64,000 nt of DNA from a virus. The notes below the pieces were generated by a model. It had not been told where the DNA came from and made no database searches. It saw nothing but the letters and a program-made list of their open reading frames with translations. The translations under genes and the position numbers were made by a program. Of this stretch, positions 9,602 to 19,176 are shown one piece after another. Where the stretch lies: IMG/VR virus record IMGVR_UViG_3300032829_000004, positions 1 through 64,000 of that record; one strand, 5' to 3'. Numbering within the stretch: the first letter of the stretch is position 1; every line of letters begins with the position of its first letter.

Positions 9602-12388
9602 GTGGCCACTGCCGTGACCGGCCGGGACCCGGACCTCGTCTACCACTCGTTCCCCATCGAGAAGTTCGACACGGACCCGGAGACCGGCACCCTGTACGTG
9701 TACGGGAAGGCCACGTCGCCCGACGTCGACTCCGACGAGCAGATCGTGGACCCGGACTGGTCGGCGAAGGCGATGGAGACATGGTTCGCCTCCGGGCCGA
9801 ACGTGCGGGTGATGCACAACCCGACAGCGATGCCCGCAGGGTCCGGCGTCAAGGTGGAAATCAACCGGGACGGCGACGGCGCCCACTGGGTGAAGGCCGC
9901 GGTCGACGAGCCGACCGCCAAGCGCATGGTGGAACGCAAGCACCTGCGTGCCTTCTCCGTCGGCATCGCCCGCCCGCTGATCGTCCAGGACGTCACCGGC
10001 AAGGCCCGGAACGGGATCATCAAGGGCGGCGAGCTCGCCGAGATCTCCCTGGTCGACCGGCCCGCGAACCGGTCCTGCTACGTGGAGATCGCCAAGTCCG
10101 CCGGGGACGGGTCGTGCGAGTTCACCGGCAAGGTCTTCGGCGGTGACGACTTCCTCGCCAAGACCGTGAACGTGGACGTGCCGAAGGGGGCGCCGGTCAC
10201 GTTCTCGCCGGAGGACCTGAAGAAGCTGCTGGAGCATCGCAGGCTCGCCGAGGAGCGGGAATCCGCGGAGAAGGGCGAGCTGTCCGCCGCTGACCGTTCC
10301 CGGCTCCCGGCCTCCTCGTTCGCCTACGTCGACTCCGACGGCAACGGCCACCTTCCCGTGCACGACGAGGGCCATGTCCGCTCCGCGCTCGGCAGGTTCG
10401 GCCAGCAGCAGTTCGAGGACGGCGCGTCCCGCAAGAAGGCCGCCCGCAAGATCATCGGCAGGGCGCGGGAAATGGGGATCAGCGTGGACGAGGACTCCGA
10501 CGTCGCCCAGGCGGCGGCCGGGAAGACCGCCCTGCCTGACGGCGTGAAAGCGGCCGGGAAGTGCGGCCTCTGCCACGGCTCCGGCAAGATCATGGACGGC
10601 AACCGCGACTGCCCCCGCTGCCACGGCGACGGGAACATCGCCGAAGGCGAACCTGACGAGCACGGCGAGAATCAGGACAAGGACGCGGAACCGGACATCG
10701 CCAAGGCCGGCGCGCGGTCCTGCAAGGGATGCGGGAAGAGCCACCACGCGGACTCCCCGGCGAAGTTCTGCGACTCCTGCGGCACGAAGCTCCCCGCGGC
10801 GGGCGGGAAGGACGCCGAACCGGACGTCGTCAAGGACAGCGGCGGCACCGGGGAGGACGGCCCGGACGACGCCGGCCAGGGCGGCGGCGATGACGGCGGC
10901 GGCGACGACCCGGATGCCGCCGCCGCGGAGAAGGCCGCGGCCCCTGCCGTGACCGGGAAGCCGAAAGTCCCGTGCCCGTCCTGCGGCAGGCAGGTCAAGG
11001 CGAAGATGGCGTTCTGCCCCAAGTGCGGCGGCGGCATGACGGCCGGCAAGGCCGGCAAGCCGACTCCCGGCGACGGGGTGACCGGGGAGCACGTCCAGCC
11101 CGTTCCCGCCCACCGTGAACCGGACGGCCCGTACATCGAGTCGCTCGAGCACGACGCCGGCCTGCCCACCGACCCGGACGGCCCCTACCTGAACCGCGGC
11201 GGCGCGGAGAAGGCCGCGGCGCTGCGGTTCAAGTCCCTCGGAGTCCCGCACGGCCTCGGCGTGCTGCACGACCTCACCTGCCCCGCCTACGCCCCGGCCG
11301 CGGTCGCCAAGGCCCACCCGGGCGCGGCACTCGCCGACATCGACGCCGAGGAGTGGATGGGCAAGGCCCTCGACGCCGCCGCGACCGCCCCGCTGCCCGA
11401 AGCGGGCGCGATGCAGCTGCTGTGGCAGCACGCCCTCACCCTGAAGGGCGCCGACCCGGAGATCGTCTCCGAGGTGTCCGGTGCGCTGCACAAGGCGTTC
11501 GCCGACGCCAACCCGGGACCGGGCACGTTCCCGGTACCAGGCGAGCTCAGCGCGCAGCGGTTCCGGCGCCCCTACATCACCGAAGGCCACGCCGCCCCCT
11601 CGCCCGGCCAGGACGGGCCGAACACGGCACAGGTCCCCCCGCCCGGCGGCATTTCGGCTACCCAGTTCAACCGGGACTACCTCAGCGACGGGCACGCCGC
11701 CGACTCCCCGCAGAACAAGGCCGACGGCGGCGCCCCCCCGAAGCCCGGCGCCTCCAACGGCGGGCGGGTCTTCTACCGCAACACCGCCCGCGACAACACG
11801 AGGGCGGCAATGCAGGCGATGCACGACCACATCGCCGCCACCTTCCCCGACCTGTGCGCCATGAACCCCGGCCCGGAAGCGGACCCTGCGCCCCAGCCGG
11901 GGCCGCTGCCCCGCCCGGCCGGCTCATCCAAGGCGGCGAAGGCGGAGAAGCCGGCGAAGCGCCGCGACCCGGAACCCGCCGCGGCCCGGCAGCCGGAACC
12001 CGCCGCCAAGGCGGCGGGCGCGGCGTCACCGGACCTTGTCAAGGCCGCCGTCGCCGAGGCCGCGGCAGGGCTCGCGGGACAGCTCGCCGAGACACGGCAG
12101 CTGCTCGAAGCGCAGGCGGAAGTCCTGAAGAAGCAGGCGGCAGTCCTCGACGCCATCGCCGGCCAGCCCGACCCGGCATCCCCCTACCGGGGTGCCGCCC
12201 TCCCGTACCAGGGCAAGACGGCGACGGCCCCGGCGGGGCCGCTGTCGATGGCCGGGGCCGCGGAGCAGGCCCAGGCCCACGTGTACGCCGAGCTTTACCG
12301 GGAGTGGCGCGAGTCCCCCGACCCCGCGGCACGGCTGGCAGCCGAGCGGGCGATGGAGAAGATGCGCGGCCTCCCCTACACCTCCTGA
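9602..12388 (+). CDS. HK97-type prohead protease fused to zinc ribbons and scaffold-like region
   Basis: RBS AAGGAG; VRVMH, AFSVG, EISLVDRPAN protease motifs; DUF6582-like LSAADRSRLPASSFAY...LPVHDEGHVRSA; several CxxC ribbons; C-terminal coiled coil. Confidence 0.82.
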   Translation: MATAVTGRDPDLVYHSFPIEKFDTDPETGTLYVYGKATSPDVDSDEQIVDPDWSAKAMETWFASGPNVRVMHNPTAMPAGSGVKVEINRDGDGAHWVKAAVDEPTAKRMVERKHLRAFSVGIARPLIVQDVTGKARNGIIKGGELAEISLVDRPANRSCYVEIAKSAGDGSCEFTGKVFGGDDFLAKTVNVDVPKGAPVTFSPEDLKKLLEHRRLAEERESAEKGELSAADRSRLPASSFAYVDSDGNGHLPVHDEGHVRSALGRFGQQQFEDGASRKKAARKIIGRAREMGISVDEDSDVAQAAAGKTALPDGVKAAGKCGLCHGSGKIMDGNRDCPRCHGDGNIAEGEPDEHGENQDKDAEPDIAKAGARSCKGCGKSHHADSPAKFCDSCGTKLPAAGGKDAEPDVVKDSGGTGEDGPDDAGQGGGDDGGGDDPDAAAAEKAAAPAVTGKPKVPCPSCGRQVKAKMAFCPKCGGGMTAGKAGKPTPGDGVTGEHVQPVPAHREPDGPYIESLEHDAGLPTDPDGPYLNRGGAEKAAALRFKSLGVPHGLGVLHDLTCPAYAPAAVAKAHPGAALADIDAEEWMGKALDAAATAPLPEAGAMQLLWQHALTLKGADPEIVSEVSGALHKAFADANPGPGTFPVPGELSAQRFRRPYITEGHAAPSPGQDGPNTAQVPPPGGISATQFNRDYLSDGHAADSPQNKADGGAPPKPGASNGGRVFYRNTARDNTRAAMQAMHDHIAATFPDLCAMNPGPEADPAPQPGPLPRPAGSSKAAKAEKPAKRRDPEPAAARQPEPAAKAAGAASPDLVKAAVAEAAAGLAGQLAETRQLLEAQAEVLKKQAAVLDAIAGQPDPASPYRGAALPYQGKTATAPAGPLSMAGAAEQAQAHVYAELYREWRESPDPAARLAAERAMEKMRGLPYTS

Positions 12389-12438
12389 CGATCACGCCGC
12401 CACGGCGGCGGACACGCATGACGCACGAAAGGAGCTGT

Positions 12439-14262
12439 GTGGCAGACATCCTCACAGCGGAACCCCCGGCCCCGGCGGCGCTCTACGGAACCCCCGCCGT
12501 CGAGGCGGAACGCGCAGCCTCCGGCGCCAGCAGCACCGGCGACGTCCTGAAGGCCCGCATGCCCGAGCTCGTCAAGGGCGCCGGCATGGCCTTCAAGGGC
12601 GGCAACACGCCCCTGTCGGACCCGGTCGAGATCACCACGAAGGCCCACCGGGCCACCCTCGACCTGCGGTCCGAGACGTGGCGCGGCTACCATGCCCGTG
12701 CCGACGTCGTGAAGTCCGGGTTCAAGCCCGACTTCCTGAAGCAGTTCGGGGCGCTCGCCACGGCCCTGTCGGCGCCGTCGTTCGCCGAGCAGCTCGCCCA
12801 GTTCGCCTCCCTCCTGCCCGGCGGCGGAAGCGACGCGCTGAAGTCGTTCACCGCAGGCAACATGGGCATCGGGTCGGTTTACGGCCTGACCCCGTTCAAC
12901 CTGCTCGCACCGTCCCGGCTCATCTACCCCGTTTACACGGTGTACAGGAACAAGTTCCCCCGGCCCGCCGGGCAGGGCGTGTCCCTGATCGAGCGGCTCG
13001 CCCTCGGCATCTCCGGTTCCCAGACCGGCGGCGAAGGCGTCCTGGACATCTCCATCGGGGAACTCGTCCAGAACGGCGGCTCGTTCAGCAACTGGCCGCT
13101 GAACCTGCCCCCGTCCGGGTCGCAGAACTTCGAGACGCTCAACGTGCCGTACCGGTTCTTCGGCATAACCGAGCAGCTCTCGTGGCTCGCCCAGTTCGCC
13201 GGGCAGGGATTCGAGGACATCAGCGCTCTCGCCAACCTCATCATGCTGCAGGAGATGATGCTCGGCGAGGAGTACCAGATGATCGCCGGCACCTCCGTGC
13301 CGCTCGCGGTCCCGGGCACGCCGACCTGCACCGTCCGCACCGCCGGCTCCAACGAGACCGCGTTCAACACCACCATCACCAACGTGAAGGTGGCCGCCAC
13401 CAACTACTTCGGCTCCACCGCCGTCTCGGTGGCCAGCTCCGGCTTCAGCGTCTCCGCCGGCCAGGTCGTCGACGTCACCATCCCCGCCGTCGCGGGCGCG
13501 ATGACGTACTCGATCTACGGGTACGACGGCACCCACTACTACCTGCTGGCCTCCGGTGTCGGCGGCATCCGCTACACCCTCCAGGGGTACGCCACCCTCC
13601 CCGCGATCGTCACCCCGCCGGCGTCCGACACCGGAACCGGCGCCGCGACCCGTATGGAAGGCGTCATCCCGACCCTCACCGGCGTCTCCGCCTCCGCGGG
13701 CATCTACCCGTCCGGGTGGCAGGCCGGGTACGTCAACAACTCCGTCGGCACCCACCTGTCCTACAACGCGATCTACACCGCGCTGAAGGCACTGTGGAAC
13801 TCCTCGTCCAACAGCCCGGGAGCGTTCAAGGGCGACCCCGCCGAGTGCATCAGCTCCGGCACTGACATCGCCAACCTCTCCCAGGACGTCATCGCCCAGG
13901 GCGACGCCACCACCTACCGGCTGTTCATCCAGCAGTCCGAGGTCGGCGACGTCCAGGTCGGCGGCGCCGTCTCCGAGTTCCGCAACCCGGTCACCCGTTC
14001 GATCATGAAGATGGTCGTCCACCCCTGGTACACCCAGGGAACCGCGGACCTGCTGTCCTACCAGCTGCCCCAGACGTGGACCAACGTCGCCAACGCCATC
14101 GAAATGTCCGTCGTGCAGGACTACGCATCGATTGCGTGGCCCGTCATCGACGCGACTTTCCGCTACTCCATTTTCTTGTATGGCGCCCTGGTCATGCACG
14201 CGCCTTTCTACAGCGCGCACCTTGCGGGGCTCCAGAACTCGGACACCACTCCGTACAGCTAG
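12439..14262 (+). CDS. Major capsid protein (about 607 aa, with beta-rich insertion)
   Basis: RBS AAGGAG then GTG 12439; strongly biased codons; follows protease; hairpin-rich spacer downstream. Confidence 0.75.
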   Translation: MADILTAEPPAPAALYGTPAVEAERAASGASSTGDVLKARMPELVKGAGMAFKGGNTPLSDPVEITTKAHRATLDLRSETWRGYHARADVVKSGFKPDFLKQFGALATALSAPSFAEQLAQFASLLPGGGSDALKSFTAGNMGIGSVYGLTPFNLLAPSRLIYPVYTVYRNKFPRPAGQGVSLIERLALGISGSQTGGEGVLDISIGELVQNGGSFSNWPLNLPPSGSQNFETLNVPYRFFGITEQLSWLAQFAGQGFEDISALANLIMLQEMMLGEEYQMIAGTSVPLAVPGTPTCTVRTAGSNETAFNTTITNVKVAATNYFGSTAVSVASSGFSVSAGQVVDVTIPAVAGAMTYSIYGYDGTHYYLLASGVGGIRYTLQGYATLPAIVTPPASDTGTGAATRMEGVIPTLTGVSASAGIYPSGWQAGYVNNSVGTHLSYNAIYTALKALWNSSSNSPGAFKGDPAECISSGTDIANLSQDVIAQGDATTYRLFIQQSEVGDVQVGGAVSEFRNPVTRSIMKMVVHPWYTQGTADLLSYQLPQTWTNVANAIEMSVVQDYASIAWPVIDATFRYSIFLYGALVMHAPFYSAHLAGLQNSDTTPYS

Positions 14263-14497
14263 AGGAATTCCGCAGCCTCGCCCGCCCCGGCGGCCAGGAG
14301 CCGCTTCCGTTCCAGTCCGGGCACGCACGGTGCACCCGTGCACCGAGTGTCCGGACTGGAGCGCCGGCCGCGATAATCGGCCACGCGGAATTGCGGCGCC
14401 TGTCCCGATAGGGGCCGCCTACCTTCACTCCTATTTGCGCGAGAATTCGCGACCGCATGATTTTCAGGAAATCCGGGTTGCCGGATGAAAGGACTGT
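14263..14497 (+). other. Highly structured intergenic region with nested hairpins
   Basis: TCCAGTCCGG 14311-20 / CCGGACTGGA 14351-60 enclosing CGGTGCAC/GTGCACCG; AATTCCGC 14266-73 / GCGGAATT 14385-92. Confidence 0.55.
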
Positions 14498-14854
14498 GTG
14501 GAAGCATTCACCACCACCCCTCCCGCCTACCAGGCGACCCCGTCGCTCGGCACCACTGCGACGCAGATCTACTCCGGCACCGGCGTCACCGTCTCCGGGA
14601 CCGCCTACTCGTTCCCGGCCGGGGTCACCCTGTCGAACCTGATCATCCAGAACTCGGGCACCGCGACCGCCTACGTCGGCCAGGGCTCGACCGTCAGCTC
14701 GGCGACCGGCCTGGCCGTCCTCGCGGGGACCGGGATCGTCATCGAGGCGTCCGTCGCCCAGGGCACGGCGTCCACGTTCAACCTGTGGGGCATCGCCGCG
14801 GGCGGGACGACCTCGCTCGAGCTGTCGCTCGGCACCCTCGTCGAGAACGTCTGA
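14498..14854 (+). CDS. Small beta-rich virion protein (decoration-like)
   Basis: RBS AAAGGA; IQNSG..AYVG motif shared with the next two genes. Confidence 0.65.
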   Translation: MEAFTTTPPAYQATPSLGTTATQIYSGTGVTVSGTAYSFPAGVTLSNLIIQNSGTATAYVGQGSTVSSATGLAVLAGTGIVIEASVAQGTASTFNLWGIAAGGTTSLELSLGTLVENV

Positions 14855-14882
14855 CACCGCCCCAGGGCAGTTAGGGAGTCGT

Positions 14883-15374
14883 GTGGGAGCACCGTTCAGC
14901 ACGCCGGTGTCAGTGACGCCGGTACAGGTGTACGTCCCGTCGCCGTCCGGGGTCCCCTCGGTGTTCATTGCGAACACCGGGCAGAACCCGGTGTACGTCG
15001 GCGGCTCCGAGGTGACGACCGTGGCGGGGCTGGAGCTCACGCCCGGAGCGTCGATGACCCTGGCCAATGCCGTTCAGGGCGTCTTCGCGGCGTCCGGGTT
15101 CACTCCCGGGGCTGCGGCAGGCACCGTGGCGGCGAACATCGCCCAGGGCGGCTCGGTGATCTCCGTCGCGTCCGGAGGGTCGTCGTTCACCATCGGGTCG
15201 GAGATCGTCATCGAGCAGGGGAGCGCCCGGCAGGAACTCCAGGCGGTGGCCGCTCATACCGGGACGACGGTGACCGTCAGCGGGACGTTCGCGTTCGCGC
15301 ACGGGTCGACGGTGACGTTCAGCCAGGTCATCGCCGCTCCCGCTCTCGTCACGGTGAGCGCCGGGGCGGTCTGA
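14883..15374 (+). CDS. Small beta-rich virion protein
   Basis: IANTGQNPVYVGG..V....G motif. Confidence 0.65.
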   Translation: MGAPFSTPVSVTPVQVYVPSPSGVPSVFIANTGQNPVYVGGSEVTTVAGLELTPGASMTLANAVQGVFAASGFTPGAAAGTVAANIAQGGSVISVASGGSSFTIGSEIVIEQGSARQELQAVAAHTGTTVTVSGTFAFAHGSTVTFSQVIAAPALVTVSAGAV

Positions 15375-15377
15375 CCG

Positions 15378-15650
15378 GTGGCGATCCAGGCATCGCAGTG
15401 GGCGGTGGGCACCGTGGCGACAGTCATCGCCAGCGTGCCCGCCGGCCCCTGCACCGTCATCCTGTCCAACGTGTCAGGGGAGACGGTGTACGTCGGAGGG
15501 TCTGCCGTCACCGCGGCACGGGGATTCCCCGTGCCTTCCGGCGTCACGCCCGTCGTCATCCCCGGGTACCCGTCGTCGTCGGCCACGCAGCTGTCCGCGG
15601 TAGCAGGATCGGCGGCGACCATCGGCGTCATCATCTCGACGGACGGGTGA
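15378..15650 (+). CDS. Small beta-rich virion protein
   Basis: LSNVSGETVYVGGSAV...G motif, paralogous to the two upstream genes. Confidence 0.65.
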   Translation: MAIQASQWAVGTVATVIASVPAGPCTVILSNVSGETVYVGGSAVTAARGFPVPSGVTPVVIPGYPSSSATQLSAVAGSAATIGVIISTDG

Positions 15651-15654
15651 GTCA

Positions 15655-16041
15655 TTGAGCGTTAAAGTGCAGCTCCCCCCGGGGTGCGAGGGCCTGAACA
15701 TGCAGGACGGCACCCGCTACGACGCCCGCAAGGGCGGCGCGGTCATGGTCGCCGACGAGCACGCCTCCGCCGTCCAGCGGTACTCCGGCGGCGACGCGGC
15801 GATCCTCAACGGCGCGTTCCGGGCGTTCGGCGGGACACGGAACGGCCGCTGGTGCCCCGCGTGCCGGTTCCTCGCCAACGCCTGGTCGGAGCAATGCCCG
15901 AGGTGCGAGCGGCGGGGGATCGTGACCGCGACCGTCCCCGAGTCCGAAAGGCCGGCGGTGCGTTCCCCGCTGCCGTCCGGCTGCCCGCCCGTCCCGTCCG
16001 GGGCGGCAGTGAAAACAGAGCAGGAGATTGATCCGACGTGA
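15655..16041 (+). CDS. Hypothetical zinc-ribbon protein
   Basis: CPAC...CPRC. Confidence 0.6.
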   Translation: MSVKVQLPPGCEGLNMQDGTRYDARKGGAVMVADEHASAVQRYSGGDAAILNGAFRAFGGTRNGRWCPACRFLANAWSEQCPRCERRGIVTATVPESERPAVRSPLPSGCPPVPSGAAVKTEQEIDPT

Positions 16042-16703
16042 CCGTTTACGCCGCCAGCAGCATCGTCTATGTTGCTGTCAGCCCTGAGCATGGAGGCTGC
16101 GGAGAATCGCATGTCCGACCCGTGGTTCAGGGTGCCCCCGCCAAGGTGTGGGGCCTGGAGTGCCCCAGGTGCGAGGATCACCTGAGGTCTGACCCGCACT
16201 GGTCCCCGGTGATCAGCAAGATCCCGGAGACTTTCGACGAGAAGCTCACCCGCGAGGACTTCGAGAAGCGGGGCGTCCTCGACGAGCGCGCCCTGATGGC
16301 GATGGCCCTGGCGAGGCTGACCGGCCTCGAGCTGCCGGAGACGCTGCGGGCCAGGATCACGGGCAGCGGGCCGGGCGGCTTCGTTCCCGGCACTGTCGAG
16401 TGCGGGCAGGGGCACGAGAACCGGCCCGGGTCCAAGTTCTGCGCCGAATGCGGCGCTGTGATGCGCGAAGCCGAGCCGACAGTGCTGACGTGCGCGAACG
16501 GTCACGAGAACGCGGCTTCGGCCAAGTTCTGCGCCGAGTGCGGCGACCGGTTCAGCCTGATGGCGCTCCCGGCCGCCGGGCCGTCCCTGCCTGACGGCTT
16601 TGCCTCGCTGCCCGCGAACCAGCTCCGCGCCCTCGCGAAGGAACGCGGCCTCGACGCGTCCGGCACCAAGGCTGACGTCCTCTCCCGCCTCCAGGCCGCT
16701 TAG
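16038..16703 (+). CDS. Double zinc-ribbon protein with C-terminal SAP-like domain
   Basis: Two C..GHEN....KFCAECG repeats; LPANQLRALAKERGLDASGTKADVLSRL. Confidence 0.75.
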   Translation: MTVYAASSIVYVAVSPEHGGCGESHVRPVVQGAPAKVWGLECPRCEDHLRSDPHWSPVISKIPETFDEKLTREDFEKRGVLDERALMAMALARLTGLELPETLRARITGSGPGGFVPGTVECGQGHENRPGSKFCAECGAVMREAEPTVLTCANGHENAASAKFCAECGDRFSLMALPAAGPSLPDGFASLPANQLRALAKERGLDASGTKADVLSRLQAA

Positions 16704-16709
16704 GGCCGT

Positions 16710-16934
16710 GTGACGGGACGCGGCCAGTGCGGCAGGTGCGGGACGCGGAAACGGGGCAGGAGCGCCCGCGTCCAGGCCCCCGTCGCGGACTGCCTGCGGT
16801 GCGGGACCCCCGTCTGCGTCAAGCATGCCAGGGAAGCACCCGACGAGGGCGGCTACGTGTGCACTAAGTGCGCGAGGGCGCCGAAGCCGGCAGTGCCCGC
16901 TGAAGTCCAGGCGGGAGGCGAAGCACCCCCGTGA
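16710..16934 (+). CDS. Small zinc-finger protein
   Basis: CGRC, CLRC, CVKH, CTKC. Confidence 0.5.
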   Translation: MTGRGQCGRCGTRKRGRSARVQAPVADCLRCGTPVCVKHAREAPDEGGYVCTKCARAPKPAVPAEVQAGGEAPP

Positions 16935-17905
16935 CGACACCGCTTCCCGTAGGGCCGGGCACGCCGTACGTCACGCCCCAGTACCTGACCCAGGCGCCAA
17001 CCGGAATCAGCTGGTCATCCATACCGCCCGGCTCGACCGTCACCGCCCAGCAGCGTCTCGCCGCCCAGGCGGACATCTGCGCGCAGGCGACCGCCCAGGC
17101 CGACGAGATATGCAACCAGCCGCTGCGGGCCACGGTCGACACCGAGCAGTACTCGGGCCCTGACTTCCGGATGACGATCCAGCAGGCCACCGGGAACGTG
17201 CGGATGATCCTGGCCCGGTGGCCGATCCTGTCGGTTTCCGCGATCCAGGTGTCGGCGAACGTCTTCCCCCGGCAGTGGACTTCGCTCGCAGCGGGCCAGT
17301 GGGACATCGAGTTCCCGCCGATCGGCGTGTACGGGTCGGCCGCCCCTTCGGCGTCAGGCGGCGACGGCGGGCAGTCGGTCATCTTCGCCCCGTCAGCGTC
17401 CTGGCGCCTCGGCCGGAACGGTTTCGTCGCCCGGGTCACTTACGTCAACGGGTGGCCTCACGCCGGGCTCACGGCGGACGCAGCCCCGGTGGAGTCCGGT
17501 GCGCAGACGATCGCCGTGGACGACTGCACCGGGTGGGCGCTCACCTCGGAAATGAACGGGGTGACCGGCGCGACCGGGACGATCTTCGACTCCGGCGCGC
17601 AGGAAACCATCCAGGTGACCGCGTCGTCGGCCGTGTCAGGGCCGGGGACGCTGACCCTCGCCCAGCCGCTCGCCTACTCCCACAGTGCCGGCGTGATCGT
17701 CTCCACCCTGCCCGCCTCCGCGCAGTGGGGCGTGATCCTGCTCGCCACCCAGCAGGCTCTCACCCGGGGCGCGACAGCCACGACGGTGCAGTCCGTGCCG
17801 GGTACGGCGTCCAACGCGAACACCGGGGGCGGCGCCGGGCTGAACACGCGGGACCTGATCGGGCAGGCGATGCGGATCCTCAAGCCGTTCGCCAGGACCG
17901 TCTGA
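16931..17905 (+). CDS. Head-to-tail adaptor-like protein
   Basis: Position; N-terminal PYVT, VTYVNGW, C-terminal ILKPFAR typical of gp6/gp15-like adaptors. Confidence 0.6.
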   Translation: MTTPLPVGPGTPYVTPQYLTQAPTGISWSSIPPGSTVTAQQRLAAQADICAQATAQADEICNQPLRATVDTEQYSGPDFRMTIQQATGNVRMILARWPILSVSAIQVSANVFPRQWTSLAAGQWDIEFPPIGVYGSAAPSASGGDGGQSVIFAPSASWRLGRNGFVARVTYVNGWPHAGLTADAAPVESGAQTIAVDDCTGWALTSEMNGVTGATGTIFDSGAQETIQVTASSAVSGPGTLTLAQPLAYSHSAGVIVSTLPASAQWGVILLATQQALTRGATATTVQSVPGTASNANTGGGAGLNTRDLIGQAMRILKPFARTV

Positions 17906-18417
17906 TGCCCATCGCGTCGACCCTGGGCTACATCAAGGGGCTGCTCGCCAGCCTTCCCATGCCCGGTTCGCTGCCGGACATGAACGCCTACATCACCCCC
18001 CCGGACCCGAACACCGAGACGGACATCCCCACCGCCTACGTGTGGCCGACCGACGGCGAAGAAGGGCGCGACCCCGAGAAGGGCGGCACGGTTCCCCGTA
18101 ACACAGGGGCCGGCACCGCATCCGGAACCAAGGGCACCGAGCACAGCATCGACGTGTACGTGGTCTGGTTCGCGGCCAGCGACGAACCGGACATCGACAA
18201 CCTGTTCCCGGGCATCGTTGACGCCGTCATGGCTGCGTTCCGGTACTCCGCCGACCCCGCGACCGCCGTCGACCCGTACACGGAAGAACAGAGCACTCTC
18301 GTCGACATCGGCGAGCGCCAAAGTTACCGGATCACGCTCAGATCCCTGGTTGAGCAGGCTTACAACAGGTACGACGCCCTAGTTTCACTGTCAGTGCTCG
18401 AGATTATCCAAGCCTAG
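17905..18417 (+). CDS. Tail terminator/completion-like protein
   Basis: TGATG coupling; acidic 170 aa upstream of tail tube. Confidence 0.5.
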   Translation: MPIASTLGYIKGLLASLPMPGSLPDMNAYITPPDPNTETDIPTAYVWPTDGEEGRDPEKGGTVPRNTGAGTASGTKGTEHSIDVYVVWFAASDEPDIDNLFPGIVDAVMAAFRYSADPATAVDPYTEEQSTLVDIGERQSYRITLRSLVEQAYNRYDALVSLSVLEIIQA

Positions 18418-18422
18418 GCGGC

Positions 18423-18569
18423 CTACTCTTCCCATCCGCCCTCGCACGGGCACCCGTCGGCGTCGCATTGGCCCCATCCGTGCTCTTCCGGGTCGTGCCC
18501 GCAGGTGCAGTCGACGAATACCGCGCTCTCGATCCACTCGCCCTCGCCGTCCGGGCCGTCCTCGTTCAT
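18423..18569 (-). CDS. 48-aa antisense Cys/His peptide (not in ORF track)
   Basis: MNEDGPDGEGEWIESAVFVDCTCGHDPEEHGWGQCDADGCPCEGGWEE with RBS AAGGGA. Confidence 0.55.
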   Translation of the reverse strand: MNEDGPDGEGEWIESAVFVDCTCGHDPEEHGWGQCDADGCPCEGGWEE

Positions 18570-18600
18570 TCCCTTATCTTCCCAGCCAGGAGGCCCCCAG

Positions 18601-18843
18601 TTGCCGTATCTCTACACCGGAACCGGGACCCGGAAGTACATGGACTACGTCGATACGGCCACTGACCGGATGCTTGTCGCCGAACCAGGCTGGCAAGGGG
18701 AGATGCGGGTCACCGACCCCCGGTTCCCCGTCCCCCCGGCAGACGGGCACTGGGAAGAGATCGAACCTGTCGCGGAAGTGCTGGCGGCCGAAGCGCCGAA
18801 GGCGAAGCCAGACAAGAACAAGAACGCGCCGGAAGTCGTCTAG
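18601..18843 (+). CDS. Hypothetical protein
   Basis: RBS AGGAGG then TTG 18601. Confidence 0.6.
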   Translation: MPYLYTGTGTRKYMDYVDTATDRMLVAEPGWQGEMRVTDPRFPVPPADGHWEEIEPVAEVLAAEAPKAKPDKNKNAPEVV

Positions 18844-18871
18844 AGGCCAAGGACGCCGCGCGCCGAGGGGA

Positions 18872-19126
18872 TCAAGTCCCCATGAGCCCCGGGTCGAAGT
18901 GCACCTCGGTGAGGCTGCCGGCCGGGGGATCCATGACCTCGATCGTGTCGTAAAGCTGCCGGGACATGCGCAGCCGCCGGTCGCTGCCGACGTCGGCCAC
19001 GACTTCGAACCGCCCTCCGGCTGCGGGAATGGCCACCTGCGGGATGCTCCTCGACAGCAGCCTGATGTCCCGCATCGGCACGAGCAGCAGCTTGTACCCG
19101 CCCATCGGGTCCTCGTCGTTTTCCAC
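18872..19126 (-). CDS. Antisense hypothetical protein
   Basis: Fills gap before tail tube with protein-like composition. Confidence 0.4.
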   Translation of the reverse strand: MENDEDPMGGYKLLLVPMRDIRLLSRSIPQVAIPAAGGRFEVVADVGSDRRLRMSRQLYDTIEVMDPPAGSLTEVHFDPGLMGT

Positions 19127-19176
19127 CCGTCAATCTTCCCCCCGCCGGGGGGTCCTTCTCACCCTTCAGGAGCTGT

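Noticed and set aside
11353-12438. N-terminal 362 codons of ORF 11353..14262
   Set aside because: Arg/Pro-rich off-frame overlap with the protease gene; the RBS supports a capsid start at 12439.
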